64,000 nucleotides of DNA from Clostridiales bacterium UBA1775 (GTDB lineage Bacteria; Bacillota; Clostridia; Monoglobales; Firm-18), in NCBI GenBank assembly GCA_002314595.1, contig DCGP01000017.1:23879-87878 (forward strand), read 5' to 3'. Position 1 is the stretch's first letter, and every line of letters begins with the position of its first letter. Positions 61,429-64,000 of this stretch are shown here, in pieces. A program made the position numbers and the translations under genes. A model generated the notes under the pieces. The model was not told the origin of the DNA. It searched no databases and saw nothing but the letters and a program-made list of their open reading frames with translations.

Positions 61429-62442
61429 CTATTTTTGATTTTCACTCATTGCCTTTTGATGCTCTTCAAAGGTTTTTGAAAAGACATTACCACTTCCATC
61501 TGCCTTGGCAACAAAGTAGTAATAATCACTTTTTTCAGGATACAAGGCTGCCTCTATTGACGATTTACCCGGTGAGGCAATAGGACCAATAGGCAAGCCG
61601 GAATTTTTATATGTATTATATGGCGAATCGATTTTGGTATCCTTAATCGAAAGCACTAATTTTCTATCCTCTAAAACATATTGAACAGTTGCGCAAGATT
61701 GCAAAGCCATTCCCTTGTTAAGCCTGTTGTGGAACACTCCTGAAACCTTTTTTTGCTCTGCTACCGTGCCTGCCTCACGCTCTATTACCGACGCCAATGT
61801 AATAACCTCATAATCTGTTAAGCCAAGCTCCTTGGCACGGCTTGAATATTTTTTAGTATACGCATTTTCAAAGGCTTTTAGCATAGTGTCAATAATTTCG
61901 TGTGGGTCTGTATTATAGTCAAACTCATAGGTTGCAGGGTATAAAAAGCCTTCAAGTTTATGTTTTACACCACTTATATTCTCAATAAAAGGGTAGTCAA
62001 AGCTGTCATTATCGGCAGACTTAATAACTGCATCTGCCTTGGCAATTCCTAACCTTTCACACTCCCCAGCAATAAGGGAAAGCTCATAGCCCTCAGGAAT
62101 AGCAAGTGAAACCTTTTTGGAAACACCAACTTGACTTAAACTATCGCATATTTCACCATAGGACATAGAAGTGTTAAAAATATGCCCTCCATACTGAAAT
62201 GACGGATATTTACCCTTTGCATAAATGTGAAATGCTAATTTAATATTTATAATATCCTTTTGCACTAACAAGTCTTCAATTTGTGATAAGCTTGCACTTT
62301 GAGGAATTTCTACATATATTGCATTGTCGTCCCCACCTATGCCGGCAAAATCCCTAATGCCGATAACACCAAAGACAACTATTACAATAATCAGCAAAAT
62401 TCCTATTATTTTAAACCTTGTGCGATTTTTTAAAACGCCCAT
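61429..62442 (-). CDS. mltG: Endolytic murein transglycosylase MltG (YceG family)
   Basis: N-terminal TM, and the YceG catalytic region ASVIEREA...VFHNRL...LQSCATVQY...SPYNTY. Confidence 0.9.
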   Translation of the reverse strand: MGVLKNRTRFKIIGILLIIVIVVFGVIGIRDFAGIGGDDNAIYVEIPQSASLSQIEDLLVQKDIINIKLAFHIYAKGKYPSFQYGGHIFNTSMSYGEICDSLSQVGVSKKVSLAIPEGYELSLIAGECERLGIAKADAVIKSADNDSFDYPFIENISGVKHKLEGFLYPATYEFDYNTDPHEIIDTMLKAFENAYTKKYSSRAKELGLTDYEVITLASVIEREAGTVAEQKKVSGVFHNRLNKGMALQSCATVQYVLEDRKLVLSIKDTKIDSPYNTYKNSGLPIGPIASPGKSSIEAALYPEKSDYYYFVAKADGSGNVFSKTFEEHQKAMSENQK

Positions 62443-62459
62443 TTACTTCACCTTTACTG

Positions 62460-63002
62460 CTATTTGTACTGTGTAGTTGATGCAATATTATCAGCAGTTT
62501 CTTTGTCCTTAATGTATTCTACTATTGCAAGAGCAAAGTCCATAGCAGTACCCATACCCTTTGATGTAATAAACCTGCCATCAACCTCAACCTTGCTATT
62601 TGTATATTCTGCACCCTTTAAATGTTCCTCACACCCCGGGAAGCAAGTAGCATTTTTGCCTCTTAAATATCCTAACTTGCCATAGATTGTAGGTGCTGCA
62701 CAAATTGCACACATTAGCTTGTTGCTATCGTACATATACTCTAAAAGATGCTTTACATCTCTACACCCTTCAAGGTTTTCAGTTCCCTTTAATCCACCGG
62801 GTAATATTACTGCCTCTACCTCTTCGTAGTCAATATTATCAATGAAGTCGTCTGCGTCCACCATAATGTTATGAGCCCCATATACTGATTGTTCCTTACC
62901 TATTGCAAAGGTTACAACCTCTATACCTGCCCTGCGTAATATATCCACAGGTGTAATTGCTTCTACTTCTTCAAATCCGTCTGCCAATAATAGTGCTACC
63001 AT
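62460..63002 (-). CDS. DJ-1/PfpI family protein
   Basis: Nucleophile-elbow motif AICAAP and GGLKG. Start at ATG 63002 (GGAGA SD). The longer track ORF would overlap the upstream gene. Confidence 0.8.
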   Translation of the reverse strand: MVALLLADGFEEVEAITPVDILRRAGIEVVTFAIGKEQSVYGAHNIMVDADDFIDNIDYEEVEAVILPGGLKGTENLEGCRDVKHLLEYMYDSNKLMCAICAAPTIYGKLGYLRGKNATCFPGCEEHLKGAEYTNSKVEVDGRFITSKGMGTAMDFALAIVEYIKDKETADNIASTTQYK

Positions 63003-63006
63003 AAAA

Positions 63007-63873
63007 TTATCTCCTAACTGCTCTGTATTTTTCAACCATAAATATTGGTTGATATGACTGCTTGGCTTTTTTCAAGCCCTCTATTCCACAGTCGTCTTCC
63101 CTGTTTATGTACTTATAATCCTTCCATCTGTTTTCTGCAAACATTTGGTTTATTGCCGTATAGGCTCCCTTGATGTTTGGGTCTGCCTTTTCAATATGTA
63201 TAACGGCTGTATCCTTGTTAAGTTCCTCACCAAGCGTAAATGCAACTATATTACCGTCAACTTTAAGCATTGCCCCGCTAATATCCAAAGCATACATATT
63301 TGTTAAAACATCTGAAATAGAGTCCCTTTCGGCTTCTAAATACTTGTCGGTAACCTTGCCCCAACCTTCGTACGCCTTTAATATTTCGTCCTTATCATTT
63401 GGAGTAATGGGACAATATTGATAATTATATGTATTCTTAAATTGATTTAAGTGATTTTTCTTAGAGTGTAGCTTCTTACCGGAAAGGCTGATAAGCTTTT
63501 CTGTTTCGTAAACATAGTCGGAATATATGCTCATTTCACCAATTTCAAAATCCTCTGAAATATCATTTGCAATCCGGTTGGTTACTCCAAGAAACTGTGG
63601 TTTTTCCCCTATGCTTTCCATATAGTCGCACGCCTTATGGGCAACAGAAATCTTGTTGCCGTTACCTATTGGAAAACGCAAGCCGGCAGGGTTGTTGCCG
63701 TCCTTGGACATAATAACCAAGCAATCGTCTAAAATTGCATATTGGTAGTTATACACATTTCTCCAAATATATAAGGTACCAAACGAAGCTTCACAGCTCA
63801 TAGAGTATTCACTTTTTAAAAACCCTTTAATAACCTTAATGTCTTTAAGTTCAATAGGCTTAAATGATATCAT
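63007..63873 (-). CDS. DUF2156-like protein (GNAT-fold, lysyl-PG synthase C-terminal-like)
   Basis: Size and N-terminal pattern (FKPIELKD...SCEASFGTLYIWR) recall DUF2156. Call made by eye only. Confidence 0.55.
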   Translation of the reverse strand: MISFKPIELKDIKVIKGFLKSEYSMSCEASFGTLYIWRNVYNYQYAILDDCLVIMSKDGNNPAGLRFPIGNGNKISVAHKACDYMESIGEKPQFLGVTNRIANDISEDFEIGEMSIYSDYVYETEKLISLSGKKLHSKKNHLNQFKNTYNYQYCPITPNDKDEILKAYEGWGKVTDKYLEAERDSISDVLTNMYALDISGAMLKVDGNIVAFTLGEELNKDTAVIHIEKADPNIKGAYTAINQMFAENRWKDYKYINREDDCGIEGLKKAKQSYQPIFMVEKYRAVRR

Positions 63874-64000
63874 TTACCAATCACCAAGTTATATACTTCC
63901 TCGCCAATGTCATCTATACTGCGAATATTACCGTCCTTAACACAATTAACAACGCTCCACCCACATTTTTTTGCAACGTAAAGTGCATTTTCATAAGAGT
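63870..64000 (-). CDS. 3' end of an unidentified gene (5' part outside the window)
   Basis: Open frame ...SYENALYVAKKCGWSVVNCVKDGNIRSIDDIGEEVYNLVIGK*. Its stop overlaps the next ATG (ATGA at 63870-63873). Confidence 0.4.
   Translation of the reverse strand, partial: SYENALYVAKKCGWSVVNCVKDGNIRSIDDIGEEVYNLVIGK

Noticed and set aside
1-64000. CRISPR arrays, rRNA genes, IS elements, prophage genes, toxin-antitoxin or classical defence genes
   Set aside because: I saw no regularly spaced repeats, no transposase, integrase or phage structural motifs, and no nuclease/helicase/methylase defence signatures. The only sizeable repeats are the 46-bp pair and the intragenic 300-nt duplication.

Overview
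AT-rich chromosomal segment that looks like Firmicutes/Clostridia, judging by gene content, strong GGAGG-type Shine-Dalgarno sites, and dcw and mltG-trmR-U32 synteny. I count about 55 protein genes and one tRNA-Gln. I saw no rRNA, CRISPR array, transposase or integrase.

Housekeeping blocks:
- cca, NfeD/SPFH pair, yebC, clpC.
- An orphan CpsC/CpsD/CpsB tyrosine-kinase triad, a phosphohexomutase, and radC-DUF1385-prmC-asnB.
- mtaB, an rlmD-like gene and luxS.
- A dcw cluster (mraZ-rsmH-ftsL-PBP-murE-murF-mraY-ftsW-murG).
- mltG-trmR-U32 peptidase.

Accessory block, from tRNA-Gln (16.35 kb) to about 40.6 kb:
- A 1162-aa secreted amidase/lectin protein with three tandem modules, behind a structured leader.
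- A dimodular NRPS (C-A-T-C-A-T-R).
- A 3-kb AraC plus two-dehydrogenase cassette bracketed by perfect 46-bp direct repeats.
- A galacturonate locus (GH4-uxaB-uxaA-uxaC) in which uxaA carries a 1-nt frameshift.

The best candidate for an undescribed system is the NRPS operon. The NRPS appears co-transcribed with a STAS-domain protein and a membrane protein that fuses a SpoIIE/PP2C phosphatase to an RsbW/SpoIIAB-type kinase. This is a complete partner-switching module with no sigma factor gene.

Smaller items:
- An untracked 50-aa Cys/Gly-rich membrane peptide.
- GTGGT direct repeats (MraZ-box-like) at the dcw promoter.
- A Crh-like HPr lacking His15.
- A C39-like lipoprotein with Ala at the expected catalytic Cys.

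Limits: every family call comes from reading motifs by eye. No HMM, BLAST or folding program was run, and domain boundaries and promoter calls are approximate.
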